A DNA stretch of 64,000 bases from a virus. The translations under genes were made by a program, and so were the position numbers. The DNA is taken from UHGV virus genome UHGV-0240527. One strand, 5' to 3'. Shown here one piece after another: positions 18,020-24,926 of this stretch. The notes beneath the pieces were generated by a model. It saw only the letters and a list, made by a program, of their open reading frames with translations, was not told where the DNA came from and did no database searches. How positions within the stretch are numbered: the stretch's first letter is position 1; each line of letters opens with the position of its first letter.

Positions 18020-18448
18020 ATTTTGAGAGGGCTGTTTAGCCCATCCCTTAAAGAGTTCTTACGAGTATTCTTTAAGGGAGCAGAAGACCAAATACAGCAA
18101 GAATGTATGAAATTTCAAGCCAATTTAATTTTGAAAATTTAAAACTTGGTCTGGCTCAACAAATTTACAGAAGGCCGTTTACAGCAAAACTTAAACAATC
18201 TATTTCTCCGGTAAAGAAAAGGCGAAGGTTCGATTCCTTCACTCGGCAGATGTCGAGTTGGTGTAATGGTAGCACTTAAGATGATAAACAACGGTCTGGT
18301 AATTACCTTTGTAGATAAGTTATTAAGCTTACTTGTGAGTATGCGACCACAAAGGGTGAATGGGTAAATTCTAGATTTAAACCCAAAAAGGCACATCGCT
18401 ACAGACCTTAAGCAAGTCTGGGTAGCTTATCTACAAAGATAATTTAAT

Positions 18449-18524
18449 GGAAGTGTAGCAGAATGGTGATGCGGCAGACTTTTAATCTGACAGGCGATGG
18501 GTTCGAATCCCTCCACTTCTACCA
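18449..18524 (+). tRNA. tRNA-Lys (anticodon UUU)
   Basis: acceptor GGAAGTG/CACTTCT, anticodon loop CTTTTAA; T-stem imperfect; paralog of the CUU Lys tRNA. Confidence 0.6.
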
Positions 18525-18528
18525 ATAT

Positions 18529-18605
18529 GGTTCAGTCGCAGATAAGGTAATGCAAGGGTCTCATAAGCCCTATGAATGTGGGTTCGATTCCCATCTGAAC
18601 CTCCA
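18529..18605 (+). tRNA. tRNA with CAU anticodon (Met or Ile2)
   Basis: perfect 7-bp acceptor GGTTCAG/CTGAACC, anticodon stem AGGGT/GCCCT, loop CTCATAA, CCA encoded. Confidence 0.7.
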
Positions 18606-18606
18606 A

Positions 18607-18682
18607 GCTGGTATAGTTAAGAAGGTTATAACACTCCCCTGATAAGGGAACATCGGTGGTTCGATTCCACCTACCAGTACCA
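18607..18682 (+). tRNA. tRNA-Ile (anticodon GAU)
   Basis: acceptor GCTGGTA/TACCAGT, D-stem GTTA/TAAC, anticodon loop CTGATAA, T-arm GGTGG/CCACC, CCA encoded. Confidence 0.75.
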
Positions 18683-18697
18683 ATTTCAATAAAGTTG

Positions 18698-18726
18698 TTG
18701 ACATTGAGATGTGACTACTTTATAGT
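18698..18726 (+). promoter_or_regulatory. sigma70-type promoter inside tRNA array (TTGACA, 17 bp, TATAGT)
   Basis: hexamers and spacing read directly. Confidence 0.55.
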
Positions 18727-18930
18727 AACCTTAGTTTTCGTTGCGTAGCGTCTATTTTGCAAATTTAAAATAAATGCAAACGACAATGTTTTTCTGGCAG
18801 TAGCTTGATAGGCTAAACACCAGTGAGGTCTTCCAATCCCTCATCAAAGAATTTGGCGTACTCGCCCACGGTATGATTAATAAGGTGGGCATCTTTAAGG
18901 GCTTTCTAAGAGAGTCTTTAAAGATAATTA

Positions 18931-19012
18931 CGGGGCGTATCTCAGCGGTCTTCTAAACCGCCGTTAACCGAGTAAGTGGAGTATGCGGGTTCGAGTCCTG
19001 CCGCCTCGACCA
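18931..19012 (+). ncRNA. tRNA-like element: perfect acceptor stem and T-arm but no canonical D-arm; internal hairpin with loop CTTCTAA (UCU)
   Basis: 7-bp acceptor CGGGGCG/CGCCTCG, T-arm GCGGG-TTCGAGT-CCTGC, CCA encoded; body cannot be folded into a standard cloverleaf. Confidence 0.4.
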
Positions 19013-19026
19013 ATTTTGGAGAAATC

Positions 19027-19374
19027 ATGAAAACTTGTATTAGGTGCAAACTTAGCAAGGATGAAAATGATTTCTACATGAAAGATGGTAGGAGAACTCA
19101 TTCATACTGTAAAAAGTGTGTTAATGAGCAAACCATAGAAAGACAAAGAGCACTTAAACTCTTAGCTATTGAGTACAAAGGTGGGGTTTGTCATGATTGT
19201 GGTAAGAAGTATCATCCAGCAGTGTATGACTTCCATCATTTGAATCCTTCAGATAAAGATTTTAACATTGGTCATAGGAAAAGCCTTAAGTTCTCTCAAG
19301 AACTAAAAGATGAACTTGACAAATGTGTTTTGCTATGTTCAAATTGCCATAGGGTAAGACATGCAAAATATTAG
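19027..19374 (+). CDS. HNH family homing endonuclease
   Basis: motifs CxxC..CxxC, DFHHLNPSDKDFNIG and CSNCHRVRH typical of HNH nucleases; start moved to ATG with GGAG RBS (track start is an upstream GTG inside the tRNA-like element). Confidence 0.7.
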   Translation: MKTCIRCKLSKDENDFYMKDGRRTHSYCKKCVNEQTIERQRALKLLAIEYKGGVCHDCGKKYHPAVYDFHHLNPSDKDFNIGHRKSLKFSQELKDELDKCVLLCSNCHRVRHAKY

Positions 19375-19511
19375 TTAGCAGATTACTTAGACGACCTTAG
19401 CGGGTCTTCCTGTAGGGAGGTGGTCTGTATCTCATGTTTTCCAGAACATGTAAATAATCTGAGAAGGGGCTTTACAGTGTTGAGATAATACGGTAAGCTT
19501 CGAATTATAGT

Positions 19512-19594
19512 ATGGGACGATGTTAAGACTCTAAGGCATGAGCAACGGCTTCCAACACCGTTTCAAAGGGGTTCAACTCCTCCGTCCCATGCCA
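19512..19594 (+). ncRNA. tRNA-like element with aberrant anticodon arm (9-nt loop CTTCCAACA containing UCC); possible degenerate tRNA-Gly paralog
   Basis: perfect 7-bp acceptor ATGGGAC/GTCCCAT and T-arm with CCA, but non-canonical D region and loop size. Confidence 0.4.
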
Positions 19595-19607
19595 AAGTCT
19601 TATTAGG

Positions 19608-19695
19608 GGTAGGTAGCGGCTAATGGTAGCCAAACTGTCTTGAAAACAGTTGCCACTGTAGAGATACGGTGAGGGTTCGACTCCTTTACTTACCG
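19608..19695 (+). tRNA. tRNA-Ser (anticodon UGA), class II
   Basis: acceptor GGTAGGT/ACTTACC, anticodon stem ACTGT/ACAGT, loop CTTGAAA, long variable arm, G73; CCA not encoded. Confidence 0.65.
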
Positions 19696-19852
19696 CCTAA
19701 TAAGATTTAAAGCCAAGCTTCATTCGGATGTTGCTTTGGTATCCCTCGTGTATTGTCGTACACACTGATAAAACACCTAGTAGGTGTCACGGAGAAGAGA
19801 TAATATCAAGCTCTCCAAAGGTTCTAGTCACCGGATTAAACAAGACTATGCA

Positions 19853-19875
19853 AAGACCTATTTAGGTCTTTTTAG
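19853..19875 (+). terminator. putative intrinsic terminator within tRNA array
   Basis: AAGACCTA..TAGGTCTT hairpin followed by TTTT. Confidence 0.45.
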
Positions 19876-19952
19876 AGGGCTTCTAAGGTTATTACAGCTT
19901 GTTGTGGAACCTTGTTGCTTAGGTTCTTAGAAGTTCTCTAAAAAGATTTAAT

Positions 19953-20029
19953 GCACCTATAGCCCAACTGGTAGAGGCAGCAGACTTAGAATCTGCTCAG
20001 TGTGAGTTCGAATCTCTCTAGGTGTACCA
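19953..20029 (+). tRNA. tRNA-Leu (anticodon UAG) with short variable arm
   Basis: acceptor GCACCTA/TAGGTGT, anticodon stem GCAGA/TCTGC, loop CTTAGAA, A73, 77 nt, CCA encoded. Confidence 0.6.
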
Positions 20030-20036
20030 AATTAAT

Positions 20037-20112
20037 GCAGGTGTAGCAGAATGGTTATGCGGCTGACTCTTAATCAGTAAGACGATGGGTTCAATTCCCT
20101 CCACCTGTACCA
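20037..20112 (+). tRNA. tRNA-Lys (anticodon CUU)
   Basis: acceptor GCAGGTG/CACCTGT, anticodon stem GCTGA/TCAGT, loop CTCTTAA, CCA encoded. Confidence 0.65.
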
Positions 20113-20118
20113 AACATT

Positions 20119-20194
20119 GGGGATGTAGTTTACATGGTTAAAACATAAGTTTTGCAAACTTAAGTACAGGGTTCAATTCCCTGCTTCTCCACCA
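20119..20194 (+). tRNA. tRNA-Ala (anticodon UGC)
   Basis: G3:U70 wobble pair present in acceptor; D-stem GTTT/AAAC; anticodon stem TAAGT/ACTTA, loop TTTGCAA; CCA encoded. Confidence 0.7.
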
Positions 20195-20200
20195 ATTAGT

Positions 20201-20275
20201 GCATCCATAGTTTAAACGGGAAAATTACAGTCTTCCAAACTGAGGTTGAGGGTTCGATTCCCTCTGGATGCTCCA
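20201..20275 (+). tRNA. tRNA-Gly (anticodon UCC)
   Basis: perfect acceptor GCATCCA/TGGATGC, T-arm GAGGG/CCCTC, anticodon loop CTTCCAA, CCA encoded. Confidence 0.7.
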
Positions 20276-20281
20276 AACAAT

Positions 20282-20358
20282 GCTGCTTTCGTATAATTGG
20301 CTATTACACATCCCTTGTAAGGATGGAAATGCAGGTTCGAGTCCTGTGAGCAGCACCA
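20282..20358 (+). tRNA. tRNA-Thr (anticodon UGU)
   Basis: acceptor GCTGCTT/GAGCAGC, anticodon stem CATCC/GGATG, loop CTTGTAA, CCA encoded. Confidence 0.75.
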
Positions 20359-20454
20359 ATTCAGAGGTCAAGTGAAAGACCGCTTTGAGTCAACTGAAGA
20401 CCGTAACAAATACCACGGAGTTGAGTTAGCGGCACAACTTCAGACCTCTTTCAT

Positions 20455-20529
20455 ACTCGCTTAGTTTATATGGTAAAACATCACCATTACAAGATGAAGA
20501 AAAAGGTTCAAGTCCTTTAGTGAGTACCA
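20455..20529 (+). tRNA. tRNA-Val (anticodon UAC)
   Basis: acceptor ACTCGCT/AGTGAGT, D-stem GTTT/AAAC, anticodon loop ATTACAA, T-arm AAAGG/CCTTT, CCA encoded. Confidence 0.7.
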
Positions 20530-20530
20530 T

Positions 20531-20608
20531 GTTCCAGTATCCCAATTGGCAGAGGATGCAAGCTCAAACCTTGTATTAGTGACGGTTCGAATCCGTCTTG
20601 GAACACCA
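20531..20608 (+). tRNA. tRNA-Leu (anticodon CAA) with short variable arm
   Basis: acceptor GTTCCAG/TTGGAAC, anticodon stem GCAAG/CTTGT, loop CTCAAAC, A73, 78 nt, CCA encoded. Confidence 0.55.
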
Positions 20609-20613
20609 ATTTT

Positions 20614-20686
20614 GCAGGATTAGTTCAAATGGAAAGAGCAACAGTCTACGAAGCTGTTAATAGGGGTTCGAATCCCTTATCCTGCG
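20614..20686 (+). tRNA. tRNA-Arg (anticodon ACG)
   Basis: perfect acceptor GCAGGAT/ATCCTGC, D-stem GTTC/GAGC, anticodon loop CTACGAA; CCA not encoded. Confidence 0.7.
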
Positions 20687-20706
20687 CTAGATAAAAAGGT
20701 GATACT

Positions 20707-20949
20707 ATGCAAACATTAACAGTAGTTGAACATGAAAACTGTGAGAGTATTGAGTTTGTCAGGGTCATTGGTGTTGAACACCACATTTTCTTAAAAGTGG
20801 GATACTTATGTGACCCCGCTAGAGTAGAAAGATTTATACGTGATTGTTTTGGTGGTAGACATCTGAAGAGTGTTATTTTTGAGACAGTTTTACCAGAAGG
20901 TTTAGAAACGAATAATAACATTTACCTCCTTACGAGGATTAGACAATGA
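20707..20949 (+). CDS. hypothetical protein (embedded in tRNA array)
   Basis: ORF track; AAAGGTGA RBS. Confidence 0.45.
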   Translation: MQTLTVVEHENCESIEFVRVIGVEHHIFLKVGYLCDPARVERFIRDCFGGRHLKSVIFETVLPEGLETNNNIYLLTRIRQ

Positions 20950-21503
20950 GATACTTAAAGTATGCTTCATGGATTTTCTTAGCTTTGTTAGAGCCATTTG
21001 CAGCAATCTTAGCAGTTATCTTAGCACCTTTTGTAGTTCCATTCTACAGTGAGAAGAAAGGACACTTACCTTTCGGGTTCAGATGGATGGAGACATATGA
21101 CAACCCAATTGATGGTGATGAAGGTCACGTTAAAAGATGGGCTAATATTAGATGGATTGGTAAGCTGGGTGTCTACATGCAGAGAGTTGGATGGCTCTGG
21201 AGAAACAAAGCTTATAACTTCTCTTACCATGTATTAGGAAGAGATGTAAAAGATGTTACTAAGTGGAAAGGTAATATCAACGTAAGTTCTGACCCCGAAG
21301 ATAATCAGACAGGTTATCTCCTAATGTGGAACAGTAATGCTTGGGGATTATTCGCTTTTATCCCATCAATTAAAATCTTTGGTAAACAATTTTACTGGAG
21401 AATTTATATTGGATGGAAACTAAAAAGTGTTGTCCCAGAAGAAAGAGCATTCTCAAGGGAAAGAGTTATGTTGGCATTCTTTATTCATCCACTGAGAAAG
21501 TAA
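20946..21503 (+). CDS. hypothetical membrane protein (embedded in tRNA array)
   Basis: ORF track; hydrophobic N-terminus WIFLALLEPFAAILAVILAPFVVPF; start overlaps upstream stop. Confidence 0.5.
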   Translation: MRYLKYASWIFLALLEPFAAILAVILAPFVVPFYSEKKGHLPFGFRWMETYDNPIDGDEGHVKRWANIRWIGKLGVYMQRVGWLWRNKAYNFSYHVLGRDVKDVTKWKGNINVSSDPEDNQTGYLLMWNSNAWGLFAFIPSIKIFGKQFYWRIYIGWKLKSVVPEERAFSRERVMLAFFIHPLRK

Positions 21504-21511
21504 AGATTTAA

Positions 21512-21587
21512 AGGGGATTAGTTTACAAGGTTAAAACCTCGGTCTTTGAAATCGAAGAAGTTGGTTCAATTCCAACATCCCCCGCCA
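21512..21587 (+). tRNA. tRNA-Gln (anticodon UUG)
   Basis: unpaired 1:72, G73, D-stem GTTT/AAAC, anticodon stem TCGGT/ATCGA, loop CTTTGAA, CCA encoded. Confidence 0.7.
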
Positions 21588-21589
21588 AT

Positions 21590-21668
21590 GCTCCATTACT
21601 CCAATTGGCAGAGAGGCCAGACTTAAAATCTGTGTTATGTATCGGTTCGAATCCGATATGGAGTACCA
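21590..21668 (+). tRNA. tRNA-Leu (anticodon UAA) with short variable arm
   Basis: acceptor GCTCCAT/ATGGAGT, anticodon loop CTTAAAA, T-arm ATCGG/CCGAT, A73, 79 nt, CCA encoded. Confidence 0.55.
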
Positions 21669-21673
21669 AATTT

Positions 21674-21749
21674 AGCGGTATAGCATAACTGGCAATGCAG
21701 CAGCCTCTGAAGCTGTCCTATTAAGGTTCAAATCCTTATGCCGCTGCCA
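21674..21749 (+). tRNA. tRNA-Gln (anticodon CUG)
   Basis: acceptor AGCGGTA/TGCCGCT, D-stem GCAT/ATGC, anticodon stem GCAGC/GCTGT, loop CTCTGAA, G73, CCA encoded. Confidence 0.7.
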
Positions 21750-21780
21750 CTTCTAAGGATTCTTGCGAGAGTCCTTAAAT

Positions 21781-21856
21781 GTGGCCTTATCATAAATGGT
21801 AATGACCCATGCTGTGAACATGGTCTATACGGGTTCAAATCCCGTAGGTCACCCCA
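21781..21856 (+). tRNA. tRNA-His (anticodon GUG)
   Basis: acceptor GTGGCCT/AGGTCAC, D-stem TCAT/ATGA, anticodon stem CCATG/CATGG, loop CTGTGAA, C73, CCA encoded. Confidence 0.7.
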
Positions 21857-21861
21857 ATTTA

Positions 21862-21936
21862 TAGTCCAAGTAGCTTATATGGTTAAAGCGCGTGTCTGAA
21901 AAACATGAGAAGAGGGTTCAAATCCCACTGGACTAC
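21862..21936 (+). tRNA. tRNA-Phe (anticodon GAA)
   Basis: perfect acceptor TAGTCCA/TGGACTA, anticodon stem CGTGT/ACATG, loop CTGAAAA; 3' terminus ambiguous. Confidence 0.6.
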
Positions 21937-21954
21937 CAATTTCAAAGGTGCTTA

Positions 21955-22689
21955 ATGAAAGAGATGACAGAACAAGGTAAGGAGATTTTTAATCTCTTAA
22001 AAACCGGTAAAGGGTTCTCTAACCCACTGATTACTGGTGCAGCAGTTCTCGGTGGAACCGTAGCTGCTTCTACATCACTTGTAAGCTCTATTAGTTCTGT
22101 AACAGACCCTACAATGAAGGAGAAACTTGTTGCTGCTGGACTTACAACAGTCCTTCTAAACAGCTTTACAACAAGCCTTACAAGCACTACAGCAACTACT
22201 AAAACTCTGACAGACTACGGTCAAAAGTCTATTGATGAGTTTTCATCACGTATGCAGGTAGCAAAGGGATACTCCAATGTTATGGGTGCAGCAGGAGAAC
22301 AAGTTGGTTGTACACCATTCAGTGGTATTATGGGTGTTGCTACAGAGTATGGTCAAAAAGCTATTGACATGATGAACAGTACACTGGATAGTGTTAATGG
22401 TGTATTAAGTGACTTACAAGATGCTATTGATAAGGGTCTTGATACTGTTTCTGATTTAGCTAATCAGGCTGTTAGTAAGATTAATGAAGGTATTTCAAAG
22501 ATTACAGCTTATGCAGATGAAGTTGTGCAGATGATTGAAGAAGAAGCTGCCCTTATTGCAGAGTACCTTAAAACGAATATCAATGGGTTCTTAGCAGGTA
22601 TCTTACCAGACTGGTTTGATGATGCTTGTAAAACTGGTGTAATTGACACTATTGCAACACCAGAAATGAAGAACGCATTACAGAAATAA
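21955..22689 (+). CDS. hypothetical Ser/Thr-rich protein (embedded in tRNA array)
   Basis: ORF track frame; start moved to ATG 21955 after AAAGGTG RBS because the track start overlaps tRNA-Phe. Confidence 0.5.
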   Translation: MKEMTEQGKEIFNLLKTGKGFSNPLITGAAVLGGTVAASTSLVSSISSVTDPTMKEKLVAAGLTTVLLNSFTTSLTSTTATTKTLTDYGQKSIDEFSSRMQVAKGYSNVMGAAGEQVGCTPFSGIMGVATEYGQKAIDMMNSTLDSVNGVLSDLQDAIDKGLDTVSDLANQAVSKINEGISKITAYADEVVQMIEEEAALIAEYLKTNINGFLAGILPDWFDDACKTGVIDTIATPEMKNALQK

Positions 22690-22691
22690 AT

Positions 22692-22784
22692 GGAAGATTA
22701 ACCCTAAAAGGTAAGGGAGCAGTTTGCTAAACTGCCAGTAGCTGAGAAATCGGTGTACCAGTTCAAGTCTGGTATCTTCCTCCA
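22692..22784 (+). tRNA. tRNA-Ser (anticodon GCU), class II
   Basis: perfect acceptor GGAAGAT/ATCTTCC, anticodon stem GCAGT/ACTGC, loop TTGCTAA, about 21-nt variable arm, CCA encoded. Confidence 0.7.
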
Positions 22785-22788
22785 ATTT

Positions 22789-22864
22789 GAATCCGTGACA
22801 GAAATGGCTATGTGCCTGTCTGCAAAACAGGTTTATAAGGGTTCGAGTCCCTTCGGATTCTCCA
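22789..22864 (+). tRNA. tRNA-Cys (anticodon GCA)
   Basis: perfect acceptor GAATCCG/CGGATTC, anticodon stem CCTGT/ACAGG, loop CTGCAAA, U73, CCA encoded. Confidence 0.75.
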
Positions 22865-22901
22865 AGTTATTTTACTCTCTCTCAATTAAAATAATAATAA
22901 T

Positions 22902-22961
22902 GCCCTGCTATAAGTATTCTTCCTTTCGCTACCGAAGAGTATTTTTAGACAGGGCTTTTTT
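22902..22961 (+). terminator. intrinsic terminator ending the tRNA array
   Basis: GCCCTG..CAGGGC stem with internal hairpin, followed by TTTTTT. Confidence 0.5.
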
Positions 22962-23026
22962 ACAGAGTTATACTTTATAGGAAGACTTATACAGTATGTC
23001 TCTGACGTACATTGTGGTTTCTCCTT

Positions 23027-23050
23027 GACGGTCTCTGTGCCGTCTTTTTT
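23027..23050 (+). terminator. intrinsic terminator
   Basis: GACGG..CCGTC stem followed by TTTTTT. Confidence 0.6.
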
Positions 23051-23086
23051 AAGGGGAAACATGGTTAACTATTTGGAGAAAACATA

Positions 23087-23287
23087 ATGAGCGAGACCGT
23101 TTATAAAGAACTTTATGAAGCTAATAAAAAGCTAGAATTTATGCAGAATACTATCATGGCAATTGCAGACAGATTGTCTGTAGCAACAGGTATTGATATT
23201 AAAGAAGCATCTATGGATGCACTTCTTGATGCTGTTGATGCAAAGTTCGAAGTTAAGAAAGAAGAGACTGCTACAGACTCTGAATAA
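23087..23287 (+). CDS. hypothetical small acidic protein upstream of terminase
   Basis: ORF track; GGAG RBS. Confidence 0.5.
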   Translation: MSETVYKELYEANKKLEFMQNTIMAIADRLSVATGIDIKEASMDALLDAVDAKFEVKKEETATDSE

Positions 23288-23308
23288 TTCTATTTGCGGA
23301 GGTGCTTA

Positions 23309-24910
23309 ATGGACTTAAATGCTGTTAAGCAGAAGCGAGTGGAAGATGTTAGGAAAGTCCTAGCTGGAGAGTTGGGGCTTTCTGATGAAGTAAAAGAAAT
23401 TATCAAATCATTCGGTAAAGACCCCTCTAAATTCCTTCCAACTCAAATTCTGACTTTATTAAGATACACACCAGACCAAGTTAGACTTATCTTCAAATTG
23501 ATGACTGATAAGAATTATGTAGCCCCTCAGCCGGGTTCTCAAGAGGTCTTTTTAAATACTAATGCTGACTTGGTTCTCTATGGTGGTGCTGCTGGTGCTG
23601 GTAAAACTGCTGCATTGTTAATGGATTCTTTAAGGTTTATTGAAGACCCTAACTATAATGCTGTATATTTCCGTCGAAATACAACACAGCTACAAGGTGG
23701 TTTATGGCCTGCTGCAAAGAAACTATTTGGTAAGTTTGGTGGGGTTCCTCACGAGCAGAAGATGACTATCACATTCCCTTCTGGGGCAACTATCAAGTTT
23801 ACTTATTTAGAACTTGAAAAACACGCTGAAGGTCATCAGGGTATTGAATACTCAGCTATTTACTTTGACGAAGGTACACACTTCTCTGCTTCACAGATTT
23901 CATACCTACAAACACGTCTGCGTTCTGGTGCTGAAGGTGATTCATACATGAAGATTTCTATGAACCCAGACAGAGACCACTTTATTTACGATTGGGTAGA
24001 ACCTTTCTTAGATGAAGAAGGTTATCCAGACCCTGAAAAGTGTGGTCGTATTCGTTGGTATGTAATGAATGACGGTGTGATGGTTTCTGATTGGGAGAGA
24101 GACAAGATTCTTGAAATGTTCCCTCTTGAGATTCCTCAAACATACACCTTTATCTCTGGTACGATTGATGATAACCCAATCCTTGACTTCTTAGAGCCTA
24201 AGTACCGTGGTAAGTTGGAAAACAACACCCCTGTAAACGTTGCAAGACTTCGTTTCGGTAACTGGAAGGCTCGTGCAGAAGGTTCAAACTATTGGCAAAG
24301 ACAATGGTGTGAGATTGTTGATTCACTCCCAGAAGATGTATTCGATGTTAGAGCATGGGACTTAGCAGCAACTTTACCATCTGAGATTAACCCTAATCCA
24401 GACTGGACAGCAGGTGTTAAGATGGGTAAATCTAAAAAAGACGGTTGCTATTATATCATTGATGTAGTAAGATTTAGAGATAGACCCTCTGGAGTCGAAA
24501 CACAAATTAATTTGACTGCTGAAAGTGACGGTAAGCGAACTGGTATTTTTATCCCTCAAGACCCAGGCGCTGCTGGTAAATCCTACGCAACATCCCTCAT
24601 CAGGAAACTTGCAGAGAAAGGTTATCGTGCAAGAGCTAAACCAACAAATAAAGATAAAGTTACCCGATTTGCGGGGTTTTCTGCTGCTTCTGAAGCCGGA
24701 CTTGTAAAAGTCTTGAGAGGTAGTTGGAATGAAGCTTATTTTCAAGAGCTTGAAGGCTTTTGTGGTGATGGTAAAACTAAAGATGACCAAGTGGATGCTA
24801 CCAGTGATGCTTTCAACAGTCTTAACGAAGTTAAATTATTCAAGCCACCATCAATGGGTGCTCACACAGACTTAGTGAGAGGAAACCCATATGAGGGGCT
24901 TAGACGTTGA
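23309..24910 (+). CDS. terminase large subunit
   Basis: Walker A-like LYGGAAGAGKTAAL near N-terminus; position directly before the portal gene; start moved to ATG with GGAGG RBS. Confidence 0.8.
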   Translation: MDLNAVKQKRVEDVRKVLAGELGLSDEVKEIIKSFGKDPSKFLPTQILTLLRYTPDQVRLIFKLMTDKNYVAPQPGSQEVFLNTNADLVLYGGAAGAGKTAALLMDSLRFIEDPNYNAVYFRRNTTQLQGGLWPAAKKLFGKFGGVPHEQKMTITFPSGATIKFTYLELEKHAEGHQGIEYSAIYFDEGTHFSASQISYLQTRLRSGAEGDSYMKISMNPDRDHFIYDWVEPFLDEEGYPDPEKCGRIRWYVMNDGVMVSDWERDKILEMFPLEIPQTYTFISGTIDDNPILDFLEPKYRGKLENNTPVNVARLRFGNWKARAEGSNYWQRQWCEIVDSLPEDVFDVRAWDLAATLPSEINPNPDWTAGVKMGKSKKDGCYYIIDVVRFRDRPSGVETQINLTAESDGKRTGIFIPQDPGAAGKSYATSLIRKLAEKGYRARAKPTNKDKVTRFAGFSAASEAGLVKVLRGSWNEAYFQELEGFCGDGKTKDDQVDATSDAFNSLNEVKLFKPPSMGAHTDLVRGNPYEGLRR

Positions 24911-24926
24911 TAGCTAGGTGAGAAGA

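Noticed and set aside
18201-18251. T-arm-like hairpin (GAAGG-TTCGATT-CCTTC) suggesting another tRNA
   Set aside because: No complementary 5' acceptor strand or anticodon arm could be found; treated as a tRNA remnant or part of a spacer structure.
18139-18396. 85-aa minus-strand ORF in the tRNA spacer region
   Set aside because: Lies across conserved structured spacers on the opposite strand of the tRNA operon, with no RBS; more likely non-coding.
18252-18448. Possible intron-containing tRNA (D-arm-like GTTGGTGTAATGGTAGCAC with distant T-loop)
   Set aside because: No consistent cloverleaf can be built across the 200-nt gap; downstream T-arm belongs to tRNA-Lys.
22753-22980. 75-aa ORF in the tRNA array
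   Set aside because: Overlaps tRNA-Ser(GCU) and tRNA-Cys and the array terminator; the GTG start lies inside a T-arm.
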